From contig NC_088857.1 in assembly GCF_963853765.1 (NCBI RefSeq), forward strand, positions 38,068,001-38,132,000: a stretch of 64,000 nt of DNA. The letters run 5' to 3'. This DNA comes from Magallana gigas (taxonomy: Eukaryota). Shown in pieces: positions 23,149-37,290 of this stretch. The notes under the pieces were generated by a model that was not told the origin of the DNA, did no database searches, and worked only from the letters and a program-made list of their open reading frames with translations. A program made the translations under genes and the position numbers. The first letter of the stretch is position 1, and each line of letters opens with the position of its first letter.

Positions 23149-24335
23149 TAAATCTCGTGAATTTTATTCGTGTTAAAATGATTTTGTAAAAATTTCTCAC
23201 CACATAATTTCGTCCTTTTAAGCACCCTTAGAAAGGAGACATCCAATTTCAATATTTGATCGGGTTTTCAGCGGTGCATTAGACTAAATTAAAAGGAGAG
23301 ACGCTGCTCATCATTTAATCATAATAAACAGAAATTGCTGGGTCGTAAATTTCAACAACCATTAAGGACATCAGCAGTACACAACAGTCGCCGTCCATTA
23401 CACATATAGTAACTAGGTCTGCTCAGTCAGAAAGGGTGGTGAACTTTATTTAGTCGCAAAATTCACGGCATTTATTTTCATTTTTATGATAAACATTTGA
23501 TCGCAAATAACACGTACTGCTTGAGGGCTTCTTCCATCTTCGCTAGCCGAGGAGTTTCCGATACAGTTCAATCACCACAAACAATCTAACTGTATAAAAA
23601 AAAACGTTGAGTTTTACCCCAAACCAATGGCTACAACGTGTTAAGCATTTGGTATTGAGGTCAGTAAACCACCTTCTCCTGCGCAAATTGATTACCTGAT
23701 CCAATTGACTAGTATCCACTTTTATTAACACGGTTTGCAATGTGCTTTGATTCTTCAAACTATCGTCGCTGCTGCATCCATTTTACTTTCATTCCTAAAA
23801 ATCAGTGTTTCCTTCAAAGGATTTCTTTGCTACGCTACTTAAAATGGGCCCTTAAACGTTATTTGTTGTATAATCCGTTAGGATGTTTTTCCGTTAAAGT
23901 GGAAATAAAATTGTGACCAGTAGCTTTCATATTAATTTCAAAGTTATAGTATTTTTCTTTTTTCTTATGGAGGTTTCCTATATTCTAATGTAGCCACCCC
24001 TCACCCCCCCCCCCCCAACTTGTGTCCTCTCTTTCTCTGTTACTTAGTTAATATGGTATAACTTTAAATTTACAGCGATGTAACGTCTTCTCCCTATTTT
24101 TCTTTTTAGCAACAGGCACATACAAACATTGAACCCTATTTGATGGCCAGTTTTCATTCTCTTTGCATGAAGTATACTAGTACTTTTAAAGGGGTTTCTA
24201 TTTTAAAAAAATATGAATTCCAATTTGAGCATCTTAAATTTCCGACTTCCATAATTTAACAACCTTACCATAATTATAAAAAAAGCTTTTTACTGACTAC
24301 TAGTATTTTGTTCCGGGAAAAAAAACATATTTTAA

Positions 24336-25110
24336 AGCTATACACGCTATAACTTGCGTCAATTTTGAATAAAGGGGAAAATGTATGTGTTTGATTACTA
24401 ATAAAAGTTAGCTTCATGCTGTTAATTATAATGCTCAATTCGATCACGTAACAAATATATCAAATATTAAACAATAAAAAGTATTTATTTTCCTGCCAGG
24501 AAAGTAATGCCTCCTCGTGAATATCAATCTATCACGTGATATCGACAGCTAAATTTAGTCTATCATACCACAACTGGTGAAGGGTCAACATCTTCATAAT
24601 TGTGATAGTTTCACAAAGGAAGGGATATTTTCAGTAAAGCATAAATTTGACCGATATACGAGTACAAACAAAAGAAAAAAATACTTTAAAAAAATGACGT
24701 AGACCTGTGTTTTTCCCCTATGTGCTATTTATAGATCCAATAAGTGTTTATGCAGAAGTAAGGGTATCGTGAATGACAAACGTATTTTACTCATTATACA
24801 TGTATGTATTTCAAATTAACAACTGTTAAGCATATTAAAAATCAAGTTGGATATTTAATTAGGCAAACAATAACGACCACCTAGTTCTCCGCGGACATGC
24901 GCAATGAGGTCGGTTTCGCTCTTCCTTCATCAATATTCATGAAAAGGTCTATTTTCCTGGCATGAAAATAAACAATTAAAAATCTATATCTTTGTAACTA
25001 GATGGAATTCACCATTGTAATTTACAGATTAAGGATAACTTTTATTAGTAGACAACCACATGCGTTTTCACTGTGATTCAAAATTGACGTAAATTATAGC
25101 GTGTATAGCT
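24336..25110. mobile_element. TTAA-flanked MITE (Kolobok-like), 775 bp
   Basis: 35-bp TIRs AGCTATACACGCTATAACTTGCGTCAATTTTGAAT (24336-24370) and 25076-25110 with 2 mismatches; TTAA on both sides (24332-24335, 25111-25114). Purine-purine termini fit Kolobok better than piggyBac. Confidence 0.75.
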
Positions 25111-27313
25111 TTAAATACCCTAGCTCATTTCCATTAATTTCCTAATTATTTCCCATAAAATGTAGCTTTCATTTTAACAAACCTGAAAGCCCATTACTAA
25201 AAGATGTACATGCTTTGTATTAAGTATGGCTGAAAAGGCCATGTGGTTTCGGGTAAATGAAGATAATGTGAAAATTAATGTGGAAATAAACTCCAAGAGA
25301 CGCGAGTCAATTTTTTTTTTCACCAGAGAAGCTCATTTAGGCATTCAGTTCAGGTTTAATAAAAATGAAATGGAAAAACTATTTCATCATGAAAAATGAT
25401 CAAACAATTTGATCTAAGTTATCTAAATTAAAATTACAATTTAGTTTAAATATATACCGGTATTTATACCGATATTCAAACAAAAAGCAGAGCAGTATAC
25501 AGTTTATCCCGCTGACAATAAGTTTTCAGATACAAACAAAACAATTGGATTTTGTAAAACTTTATTAACGCAGCTTTAATGATAAAATGATTTTCATTCA
25601 ATATAATTCACAAACTTACATATATTGACACAATATCTTCAAAATCCAACAAACTGGACGGAACTTAGAAAAATCACATAAACGGAAAAAAAGATTATGA
25701 AGAATCTTGTAAAAAAAACAAAACAAAGGGGAGATCAGGTTGAATCATCATGTATCTGTTTTATGTTGTACCTAATACTCCCTTGTTTTCGTTGAAACAA
25801 TACACCGTAGTACTTAATATCTTCAATAATAATCATTTTGATTTTTGTATCACATTGATATCACATATATCTTTTATTTATAGTCTGTAATTGCAAGAAA
25901 TGTAGCACACTGATTAAAAGAAAACCTGTAAAAATGTAATCTAAAATGTTATTCAATATTTAAAAATACTAATAAACAACTACCAGGTATAATGACCTTT
26001 GGCAAGAGTAACCCTTTCTGAGTAATAAATAAAACAAGTCAAGTCACTCACCCTTTATTTTTTTTTTTCAAAAATCCTAAATTCTGTGCTTGAATCTTTA
26101 AATATATCTATAAGAAGTATTGACTCATTTTGTTACAAAAAATTACAAATATTAGTAAAAAAAAAAAGAGAAAACATGAATGATAAAATCGTAATAAAAA
26201 TCAAATATGCATAACTCCTCATTAATTCAGGTTTCTCACTATGAGAAAACTGTACATTTACATTATGTTCTTCATTCACACACTATCAACCAGTGTTTTG
26301 CGACACATATATTAATCTAGTAAGAGCATGGATACTGATCCTATTGGATACCCTTTACCTAATCCACCCCCTTCATACTTCTTGTCCTTCAATTAACAAA
26401 AAAAAAAATACCTCCACATCTTTTTATAAACAGGTACACTTTCTGAATTTCTTTATTTTTTTTTAGCACCACAAGACAAGTTTATGAGAGTACATTATAA
26501 TTTTTCCCCTTTACTATCATTTTCCTTTTGTATTAGTCACTTGGTGTTTGCTTTCTAAACAGAAACAGAGATGGGTTATTTTCTAGGCAGCTTGAGTTAA
26601 AGCTGAAAGAATACACACATTTTAATTGTTTAAATCAATCATTCATGAATATACATGGCTAGACAAGTGCAGATCAATACTATTATTGAAATAGACCCAG
26701 CAGTCAAGAACACAAGAAGTGACAGATCATATAGACAATTAGACATTGCTTTAAAATGGTTAAGACAGTCTGAAAAAATGCTAAATTAAAAAAAAGTGTT
26801 TAATCATCTTGAGGTTTTAATTAAATGCACAATATTGCACTTGCATCACATATATGTACATACATGTATACTGTATGTTTATGTATGGTGTTGTACTTGT
26901 GTAAAGTGCCATCTTTTATTACATAGAAAAAAATTCTATGTTACTTTCTGTTCCTGTTAATGCACACTATATTTGTAATGCTAAGGTACATGTTTTATGG
27001 GGATATATTTCAGAAAATTTTAAATTGTAGAAGTAAGATATGTACCTATGTATTAAAAAAGAATAGCTACAACGATATTTTTCATTTGCTGATAATTTTG
27101 CAAGCCTTTTCTTATTGTAGATTGTAGATGTTTTTAACTTTTAACCAAACAAACATTTTCAATGTTACAGTATTTGGTTTTCTTTTCAGGTGGAAATTTT
27201 GAAAAATATATTTTTGATATCAACCTTTGAATTTTAAGTGTTGAAGAACTAAAGTATGCTATTTATTTAAGTTAGACAAAATGTTCTAACAACTAGTAAC
27301 TTTTTCATACAAA

Positions 27314-29943
27314 TTATGGGTCACTGTGTAGCATTTTTTGCGTGGCACTGTTTACAATCTCCAAACTGTCTTTGTCCAGCTCCCGAATTAGAATGAGCAC
27401 TGCTTGTAACACATGGGCATTCTGAAAGACAAAAGTTTCAACAAAAATATTCACATAAAGATAAAGTTTTGTTTAATTGTTAAGAACATGTACACACAAA
27501 ATATTTCAATACAGCTTAAATAATAGAAAATGCTTTTGCCATAATTCAACATATGTGTATCTCTTTAAAAAAAAACCAAACCTGTTCTTTCATGCATCAT
27601 ACTTTATATAAGATAGTGGTAGTAGATTTGAAGAAACCAGGAAAAACTTACCCGTGACTTTTCAGTGGGCTTTTGAACAGGTTTAGAAGTGGTAATCTTC
27701 TCAAATGGCAGTGGTTTCAATCCCAGCTCTTCTCTGATTTTGCTGGGGAAAAAATGTTCACATAAATTGTCTGACAATTCTTAGGATGCTTTACAAATAA
27801 TATAATAAGGTACTGACATTTTGACATATCCATTTGACCATCATATTTGATGAGAATCACAACTGTACATGCATTACATATAGAAAAGATAGGAATAATA
27901 TATTTAAGAAAAAACATCCTCACCCTTTTATATTATTTAGAAATACTTGCATAAAGTACATTACATTTAATTCAACTATTCATCTATTGATCAGAAATAT
28001 TGTTTCATCAAACTAACTTTGTTTCCTCCCAGCTTAGAGTCACAGGGTCTAATAAGGATTGCTTGGGTTTCACAGGAGGTGGTTTAGGTTTGGTTTCTGG
28101 AGTTTTCTTTACTGTACCATCATCTGTCTGTTTGTCTTCACCTGTAGCATTTTCATTCGTCTCATTTTCAATTTCCTCTTGGTCCCTTCCATTTTCAGTA
28201 AATTGTTCTTCATCATTTAGTACTTCTTCTAAATCTTCAGGGGGAGGTAACTGATCACCATTTTCCTCAGCTTCTTTTCTTTCCTCTTCCGATACCACTG
28301 AAAAGGGATCAATTTTTTAAAAAAATATTTTATAAGCATCAATAACAATGAAATGTTGCATTACTGTAATGAAAATTTTTCTTGTAATTTACAAAAAAGA
28401 GCTCCGATTCCATAATATTAACATTATTAATCACTTTTACCTTTTATTTCAATTTTTTTCAACATCTTCTCAATAATGTATTATATCATAAAGCTAAAAA
28501 AAATCTCGTTTAAAAAAAAAAAAAAAAAAAATCACTACTAATAAATCAATTGCACTTTCATACAGTGTAAACTAATCAGCTGGTCATAGTGTAGTTGCAA
28601 ATTTATGGTCCTCCAAGCACAAATACTTTGATCTCGGCAACCCTACAGAAAAGAATCACATACCGACATTGTCAAGTTTCTGTAGATTTGGAAGAGTGCG
28701 TAGAACTGTAGCTCTGTAATTCTTTCCTTCAGCACAAGGGTTATCAGCTAGCCATAGATTCCGCAAGCGTGTCAGGTTCTTTAAATAATGTATTTCTGAG
28801 AGATTTTCAATTTTATTTTTCCTGATGTATAGTTCTGTTAGCTGTTTACATCGTGCAAAATCCTTCAAAGTTGAGATGCTGTTTACACTGTATAAATAAT
28901 TAAATGGTACGGTAAACACAAGATTACCAAATCATACTGATGTAGCATTCTTTTATTGCTAAACTCTTTAAGCACTACTGAAAAATTTAAAAAATATGTT
29001 TCCATGCAGTCCAAAAATTATCCCATATAGAATTAACAAAAAAAAAAACCTTTTTTTTTTACATAGGCATTTACTTGTTAGAAAAGACATGTATTACTGA
29101 TGAATGAAAGATTGTAGCTACCATGATACACAGCTACAGCTAGTTAATTAACCAATAGCTTCAACACATACAGTAACACTGACCTGACACTACAGACTTC
29201 TAAATTTGGCATACTCCTTACAACACTTATATCACTGATTTCTGATCCCCTGAAATTGTAAAACAAAGGAGTTTTCTCAATACAACAGTTGCTTCATGAT
29301 ATTCAGGATGCATGATGTTTAGTAATACATACATTCCAAAAACTCGGTAAGTTTTTAGTTTTGTACATACATGTATTGTGTTGACCTCAGACAAAATCCT
29401 AAAAATTTTGAATCTCTGTATGATGTTTGTTTTCGTTCCTGTGACATTTTCCAGATAAAAACAGATGATGTATCAATGAAGACATCTTGGATTTTTCTGT
29501 CCATTTTTCAATTTGAATTGTACTTTTTTGACAAGTAAGTCTATTTTAATTTCAAATCACCGAAAAGTGATGGAATTCTAGCAAAAACTTGGGCAGATTG
29601 TACTTTATATTTTTAGCATTCTTTCGAGCAAAAATTAAAGCATTTGACCGTAGTGAGTAAAGTAAGTCCTTAAAGGAAAAAAACCGGAACATTAATGGAA
29701 AAGAAATGTTACTGGAAGTGGAATGCATTTTCTCTTGTTGAATCATGTTTAAAACGGTTTTCATGACTTAGAAACAGTATTCAATTACCATATAAATCAC
29801 TTTCAATTGCGTAAATCATCATTTAGTGACTAGGCTTTCATAAAAACATACCAAAAATTTAGCTTTGTAACACCATCTAGATCGACAGCTCTAGTTCTTG
29901 CCAATACAAGACCCTCTGTCAACTTTTCTTCCTCGTATTCCAT
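27314..29943 (-). CDS. CFAP410: Cilia- and flagella-associated protein 410 (C21orf2), LRR protein, about 286 aa
   Basis: Exons 29943-29852, 29249-29184, 28887-28664, 28297-28018, 27742-27652, 27421-27314, all phase-consistent. [60 protein letters not shown]...LWLADNPC...[12 protein letters not shown] and the C-terminal [23 protein letters not shown] match CFAP410. Confidence 0.92.
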
Positions 29944-31501
29944 TCTGTTGTTTTTACCGGAAGTGATGTTTGTATAGTTAACTCGTACGAAATTATTTCT
30001 AGTGAATATAAAAATAGCTTGTCAAATAATAACAGTTACTTCATGATGTGATGCTCAGCTCCTACCCTTAAAAAAGATATACACCCCACAAAACATAAAA
30101 AACAACAGCAACAATAATAAAGCAGGTAAAAACCCAAACAACCACAACCACACACCCCTCCCGCCAAGAAAAACAAACAAACTGAAGTAACAAACAGATA
30201 AAAAAGTTTACTATATCTCCGACCCAAGGAGTTTTTATTATTATCATTTTTTATTTTGCTTTTTTTCTAATTTTTTACTAACAAGAGCCTAAGTAAAAAA
30301 AAATTAAAAATCAACTGTTTTCTAGATAAAGAAGAATTCGATGGGTAGATAAATTGTCCAAAATGCCCACATATCAAAAGACGGATAAGATGCTGATAAA
30401 AAGAAAACGAATTTACTATGTATCAACAAATCTGATTATTTAAGAATAGATTAAATATATGTATTTCTTAACATTATATCGGTTTGTAACGGTAACCATC
30501 AAATATGTTTAATACTTGGAATATGTTTATGCGTGTAAATATAAAAACCTCAAAATAGTGTAGGCCTGCTTTTTGAGGGTAGAGAATGATTCCTTTTTCC
30601 TTGAAAACATAACCACAAAGAAGTAATATCGTTGAAATATAGATTTAAGTAGTCGTAGGAATATAGTGCATATGGTCGGCATGGGCAAATTTATACATAT
30701 CTTGGTGTTTTTGTTCATGATAAATTCAAGTTGCATTAATTTCTATAACACAATTGGGCATACCGGTATTTTAATCAGTTTAAGAATAACAGAAACATGA
30801 AACACATTAACAGAATTTAGCATGTTTGGGAAAACAAACACAATGAATTAATTATATAAAGGTGGGGAGCGGAAAATAACAATTAATAGCAATCCAATTG
30901 ACACCTTATTTCATAACATTCAATTTGATAGGATTTGAGCCAAGAATTATTAAATTTAATGATATAATCTACCAAAGAAAATACATTTACATCTAACTGG
31001 TTAATGCTTAATTCATAATGCTTATTGTGTTAAGTTGAAACAATCCGGTGTTTTCAATACGTTCAATGCTTAACTGTAAATAAAAGAGGGTTTTTAGGGG
31101 GGGAGGTGGTGGATTACGAAGTATTTGCCAGAGCGTGCAACTAGACACCAGAACCCCAACCCCCCCCCCCAATCAAATTAGACAACGAATCCTTGTTTAT
31201 TATTTAAGTAAATGTATTTAAACACCAACGCAGAAACGTAATTGAAGACTTAATTATTACAATTTATTAGGACCCTACACCCTTGTTCAAGTGTGTGGCC
31301 AACACGGTCGTAGAGTTTTTCTGTTGTATTTTTATAACGCACGTTATACTGGTAAAATAGTGTGAACATGCCTTATCTAGAAACACCTTGATCTAAACTG
31401 TAATAATCTAAAATGTAAAGTGTAAATCGCCTTTGTTTTTTCAATTTTGCGTTTGTTATTTATTAGAACATGTATATCTTTTTTAATGTGTAATGTCAGG
31501 G

Positions 31502-32078
31502 TAGCTGCAGGTCTGTAGCTCCCGGTCTGAAAAAATTCGGATGGACGACCTGGGAGCTACAGTGCCTCCCATAGTAAAAAACTGCAATTTACGGCGCACA
31601 AAAAATTGCGCTAGTTTTGGACTGATTAATATCATTTCCGAACATATTCTGTACAAATATTTGATTCCAAAAAATTCGTCGGACAATTTACTACAGATAT
31701 CGTCACTTTACTTGCCCCTGATATTCTTTTAGACACGATCACCAGCCCTGTAAAGCGAAGTGGTGCAGTTTGTTTACATGTAAAAAATGGCGACTCTCGA
31801 TCTCGACGTGAATTAATATACTTTATTTCCGAGGTCGGTTAGCATGTTTCAAAGAAAGTCTGACGCAAATAAAGTAACAATATCAGTAGTAAATTGACTG
31901 AAGAATTTAATGGTACTAATTGTTTTCACAGAATTTGTGTGAAAATAAGGTTAATCAGTCCAAAACTAGCGCAATTTTTTGTGCGCCGTAAATTGCAGTT
32001 TTTTACTATGGGAGGCACTGTAGCTCCCAGGTCGTCCATCCGAATTTTTTCAGACCGGGAGCTACAGACCTGCAGCTA
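31502..32078. mobile_element. Mutator-like MITE, 577 bp
   Basis: Perfect 128-bp TIRs (31502-31629, 31951-32078); 9-bp TSD ATGTCAGGG (31493-31501, 32079-32087). Confidence 0.9.
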
Positions 32079-32580
32079 ATGTCAGGGTACAAAGTCTTAT
32101 CAACGCTCGGAAAGATTGAATTTCCTGTGAACTGAACACACAATCGTCGCAGCCTTAAAAAAGAGAATTGCAAACTATTTATAAAAAACGTTACATAATC
32201 AATTGATTTCCTTCCGATAGGGAGAACATATGCACCTAGAGGTGGGATTTTGAAAATTCAAAGCATTGGAGATCTGGATGGTCGTGGTTAAATTTAGATC
32301 ATACTTACAGTGTATTTCTTTCAGATAAAAAAAACTCTCTACATGCATAATTTAAATAAACAAAATATAGACTTTTTAGGCAAATCTGATAGGTAATTGG
32401 TTGACCACCCAGGCTCCTTAACTTTTTATAACCTATATCACCAACTAATGTCTATAGGTCTATAGGTGTGGCAATAAAGAAGAAATACAAACGTAATTTG
32501 AATATTGCATACACAGGCATCTCTCATTTCTCAAACCGCGGACATGTAATTACTACGGTATACCACATCAAACACCGCAA

Positions 32581-32583
<3 letters not shown>

Positions 32584-32656
<73 letters not shown>
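32584..32656. repeat. (CT)n microsatellite
   Basis: Uninterrupted dinucleotide run. Confidence 0.98.
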
Positions 32657-32659
<3 letters not shown>

Positions 32660-32812
32660 ACGCTTGGCAATATTGTTGTGTTGGATTAAATTAATTAATA
32701 CATTTGTACAAACTTGTTGTTTTTCATTTGAATCTCGACAAAGGGAACAACGGTCGCATGAAAAATTTAGTTTTAAAATCATACCTACATTTTAATTTAT
32801 AAATTTGACGCT

Positions 32813-33555
32813 TGTTGCTAGGTAACAATGTTACAAACAAGGTGAGAAAAAAAAGAAGAAAAAAAACCTTAGTGATTCTGGAAATAGAAATATTCATTTA
32901 AAACGTATTACCATACTTTGTTTTTGTTTGTGTAAAACAGGCTTAATTTTTTTAACAATTTTATTGAAGAGTAATTCAGCAGCATAAAAATGTCGTTGCT
33001 AAGGAAATATAACTTCTGTTTAAAAAAAAAAACTCATTCAGGAATTCTTACCTTTTGAGAACGTCATTCTGTTTGCTAAAATGCAGCTTAGACTGACGTT
33101 GCATGTAAGCCGAAGAAATGTTTGGTCATCCAATTCATTTATGTGTTACGAAAATTATTTTAAAATTTTCAAAATTACCTCAAAATATTGAAATTTTCAT
33201 AATTTAATTCATTTTCGTTCCCAAAGCAACGGTATTGAATTTTGATAAATAATGCCTCATTGCATAGCCACCAAAAAGAATCCAAAATTTCCATTAGAAA
33301 TAACTAGTACAAATATTTAATTATATGTTTAACAAAAACTAAAAAATATACACTGTACATTATTTTTTAAGTGTTGTTTGCCATTGCAAAATTTTATAAC
33401 ATTAATTTGCACTAGAATAGTTCTGTAATTTGAGATTTCACAATATTTCTATAAGATTTTTTTGTTATCTTGAATATCTGAATTTATTGCAATTACTCAC
33501 AAATTGTTCAAAATCGCTTAAAATGGTCATTAAAAAATTTTGCTACCATGGTAAC
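32813..33555. promoter_or_regulatory. Cluster of RFX X-box-like motifs
   Basis: GTTGCTAGGTAAC (32813-32825), GTTGCTAAGGAAAT (32995-33008), GCTACCATGGTAAC (33542-33555), upstream of the ciliary gene CFAP410. Confidence 0.4.
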
Positions 33556-36146
33556 CGGCCACTATCACAATGCATTGTCTCGCATCTTTTTATGTACAAA
33601 ATTTTTATTACGTTAATTGGTACCTATGCATGGCGACAGCATTTTGATATTAACACGGAATTGATCTTAATCATTTTATTCAGTCGTTTAAAAAAAGACA
33701 GTAAAACTAAATAAAATTTTATGTAACTGCTGCCGGAAAATTGTTTATTTCCTGTAATACCCTTATATGACTATATTTGAGTTGTCTAAACTGACATTGG
33801 TTGCTAGAAAATTTGAATTTTCAAATTAAAATAAACTCAAAAATAAATGACAAATATTTGTTGTTACGCAGTGAGTGTGGGGCCTTTATGATTGTACCAG
33901 TAATGATATATGGCCTAAAAAAGTCTTGAACACAATTGCGCATATTTTTTTTTCTGTTTTTATTTAGGCTTTGTTACAATGTACATGAAACTTTTACGTT
34001 TCAAATAATTGAATTTTCTTTTTAAAATTATATTTGATTTGGCTGTTTCAAAGAAGAAAATATTACAAGATACTAGAATATATAATTACCTATTCAGCTG
34101 ATGAAGATATTGCAAGTTAACTTTATAACATGTATTTTCACGTAATACTCAATACACGCCAGCTAAAATAAAACTTATTCAGCGTTTTTCATAATCAGAA
34201 TGTTTTATACCGTTAGCTTGACTTTAAACCATTTTGAAACCTTAGCAGTCTTCCACAATCCGTTTACTTTTTATTACGGTACTTCACAACAGTCTTGTGA
34301 AATGCAAATCTGTATAGCTCTGACAAACATCGAAACAGTACTGTGCGTGTGTACGTGCATGCATGTGTGCGTTTGCCCGTGCATGCGTGCATATATATAC
34401 ATGTATATATATCTCAAAATTTTATAAGCTTTCGCCGCCTTGTTTTTTTAATAACAGATATTATAACCAAAATATGTCGTATATAGTTTGGATTATTTCT
34501 TTTTAATCCGATTAAATAAGGACAGTTCACGTAAATATGTTGAAATAATTTTTTTGTTCAGTTGTTTTTATTTAAATAAATGATATAACAAGAACATGGT
34601 TCAAATAAACGACCTGCAGCTAAACTGATATTTTGTTTAAGTGTGCATTTATACATGTACTTAATATTTGTAATATGAGATAAAACAGTGGTACGATTAC
34701 GTAATAAAAGTGCACGACTATTGTTTGGCTAACACAAAACGCCGTATCTCGGATTCGTAGGAATGATTTTGCTAATATTTATGGTTACAGCTTTGCATTG
34801 TACAATTTTATTATAATTTCAGTCATATTACCTAACTTGGTATTTTATTGGCACCAATGCCTTTGCCTGCACAATGCATCACATCGTGACGACAGACTCC
34901 ATGTAGAGGCGATGTAAATGGGGTATTGAATTTAATATTATATAAAAAGAACCAAGGATCAAATTAGTTATCGTTTTATTCTTTGAGATTATAAGGATAC
35001 ATGTATAACAGGAGCAAATCGTTTATAATAGGCCTAATACATGTATTTCTATCGGGTCGCTTTCGGCCTTAGCAAGATGGATGGGTAAGGCGTGTAAAAT
35101 GCCTATATAAGGACGGGTAAGATACTAAATAATTACAACAGAATCAAATCTTATAATTCTTTTAAAACATCAATCATTTAATATTTATTCATTTGATGAG
35201 ATATCGGCGCTTCTGATTGGTCGAAAAATTTCTTTGATACCTGCATCAATAAAATTTTTGCCGGATCTACTTTTCTCAACTGTTCTGATCTAACACTATT
35301 TATAGAACGGGAATTTCCAAGATAAACACTGTCAAGAAAATGTAAAGTTGTGTCTGTTTTATTGTCAGCAAACAAAATGCAACCTTGTGAATATAAAAAA
35401 TTGAAAGTTTAACCTTCAAAAATAAACAAAACACATTATTTGATTCACGAAATAGAAAATTAAGCGTCTTCTCACGATTTCGTCTGCTTGAGATCAATCA
35501 ACATTTACAGCGAGGCTGGCTGTTCCTTTTCCAGGAATATTATAACGAACATATAGGCCTATACACTTTCACGGTAACACTGCTGTTCAAATTTGGTAAA
35601 GATAATTTTAAAATTTACACACGTACATGATCGGTCATCAGAATAAGCGTCGTAAAGAAAAGCTATGAGTGATGCATCAACTCCTTCTGCGCATTCCAAG
35701 CGGCTGATATACCATTTTAGTACATCACTGGCTATCTAGTTACCACAACGTTTACAAAAGTCGCTTATACATACTATTCTCTGTCAACATATCAGCTATT
35801 TTCATCCACGATCGCCTTTCCTTGGATGGTTATGTCCAGTTGCATATTCCAGCGATCTCGAATGAAAACTAGTTTTATTACGAGTTTTTCTGCACAGTGA
35901 ATAATATCACAAGCTATCGCATGTATTTTCCTTTCGTTTTCAATTCAGCCGGTTCAGATTTTAACTCACTATTTGTGTTTAATCCTTTAATTCAGCTCAA
36001 TAGCTCTGCATCAGCTGAGGCGCATCCATTTTGAATATTGTTGCTGTTGTTGTTTTGTATTCATACGCGCCGCTTCATTTACATTATTTACATTTTTGAT
36101 CAATGACACATCACATTTTTTTATTTGAAAATGTTTTATTAAATGA

Positions 36147-36306
36147 TAAGAAATGAAGATAATAATTTTTCTATTGATCGACGTATCAAAGAAAAAATTG
36201 ACCGGAAAACTTTTTCATCAATGCGCTACGCGCATTGATGAAGTTTTCCGGTCAATTTTTTCTTTGATACGTCGATCAATAGAAAAATTATTATCTTCAT
36301 TTCTTA
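36147..36306. repeat. Near-perfect 160-bp palindrome
   Basis: 77-bp arms, a 3-nt loop (TAC) and one 3-nt T bulge in the left arm. Confidence 0.92.
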
Positions 36307-37290
36307 ATTCAAAACAATGTGTATTTTACATAACATCGATTTGCAACCCTTCAAATTTAGGATATGTTGATATAAATTGGAGTATGCTTATAAAAAAAAA
36401 CCCCAAATAGTATCCCTTTTTTTATAACTTCAATACCTTTTCTTTTATAGATTGGATCTGTGCTCCATGTTTGTCATGGTCTTAATAAGGTATAGTGGGA
36501 AAAGAACCAATTTCAATCAACAAAAAACGTGATGAGATGGCCCAATATACATTAAAAATATCATTTAATTTGTATCCCAACAATTTTAGAAAAATATTAT
36601 CCGTAAATACGTAGCTAAAGTCTGATAGAGCATTAAACAACTAATTTTGCTGTGACAGAAAGGGATCAGCGGTTAGAGCACGGGCATTAGGGAACCTTAA
36701 ATAACTAGGCTTTTTAAGTTATGGGTTCGATATATCCAAAACGTACGGCAATTTTCTTTCTTATCGTTTGCTAAAATATTCAATACTATACATAATTGGA
36801 AATTGTGCTTTTGCAAACTTGAATTATAACATTATCAAATACTAATATATTTAATTGGGAAAAAAAAATTGAAATTGTATTTTACGACTAAACCAAATTA
36901 TAAGCATTTGCACCATCTTTTCCCCCATCTTATTTTGATTTTAAGAGTCTAAATATTTGTAAATGACAATTGACTCATTTTGTGACATATCTTTTTTGTT
37001 TGGACAACAACCTTTCTCTGTTAATACATACTAACCAATATTAAAATTTTCGACTAACAGGCAATGAATGACTCCAAATAGACCAATAATGGCATATGAA
37101 TGTGTATTTCTACCATGTTGTGGAAAAGACATCTTGGACGCTTACATTATAACAAGACACGTCTATAATTACATCATGAAGTTGCTAGTACGTGCTTTGA
37201 AAACCAGACGAGTAGCATTGTTTTCAAATGTGTGTGCGTGTGTGTTGAAAGGGGAAAGGGGTGAAGATCTACCCTAATATCTTGGCAAGG

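Noticed and set aside
23543-23790. Minus-strand ORF with a donor-like site upstream of channel gene 2
   Set aside because: No acceptor joining it in frame to the channel ORF, which already has its own ATG and signal peptide.
31483-32079. Two ORFs on opposite strands encoding an identical peptide
   Set aside because: Artefact of the perfect TIRs of the MITE.
32531-32782. ORFs with poly-ER / poly-SL
   Set aside because: Translations of the (CT)n microsatellite.
35309-35318. Perfect NF-kB-like site GGGAATTTCC (similar at 10367-10378)
   Set aside because: Isolated 10-mers with no linked promoter; not distinguishable from chance without data.
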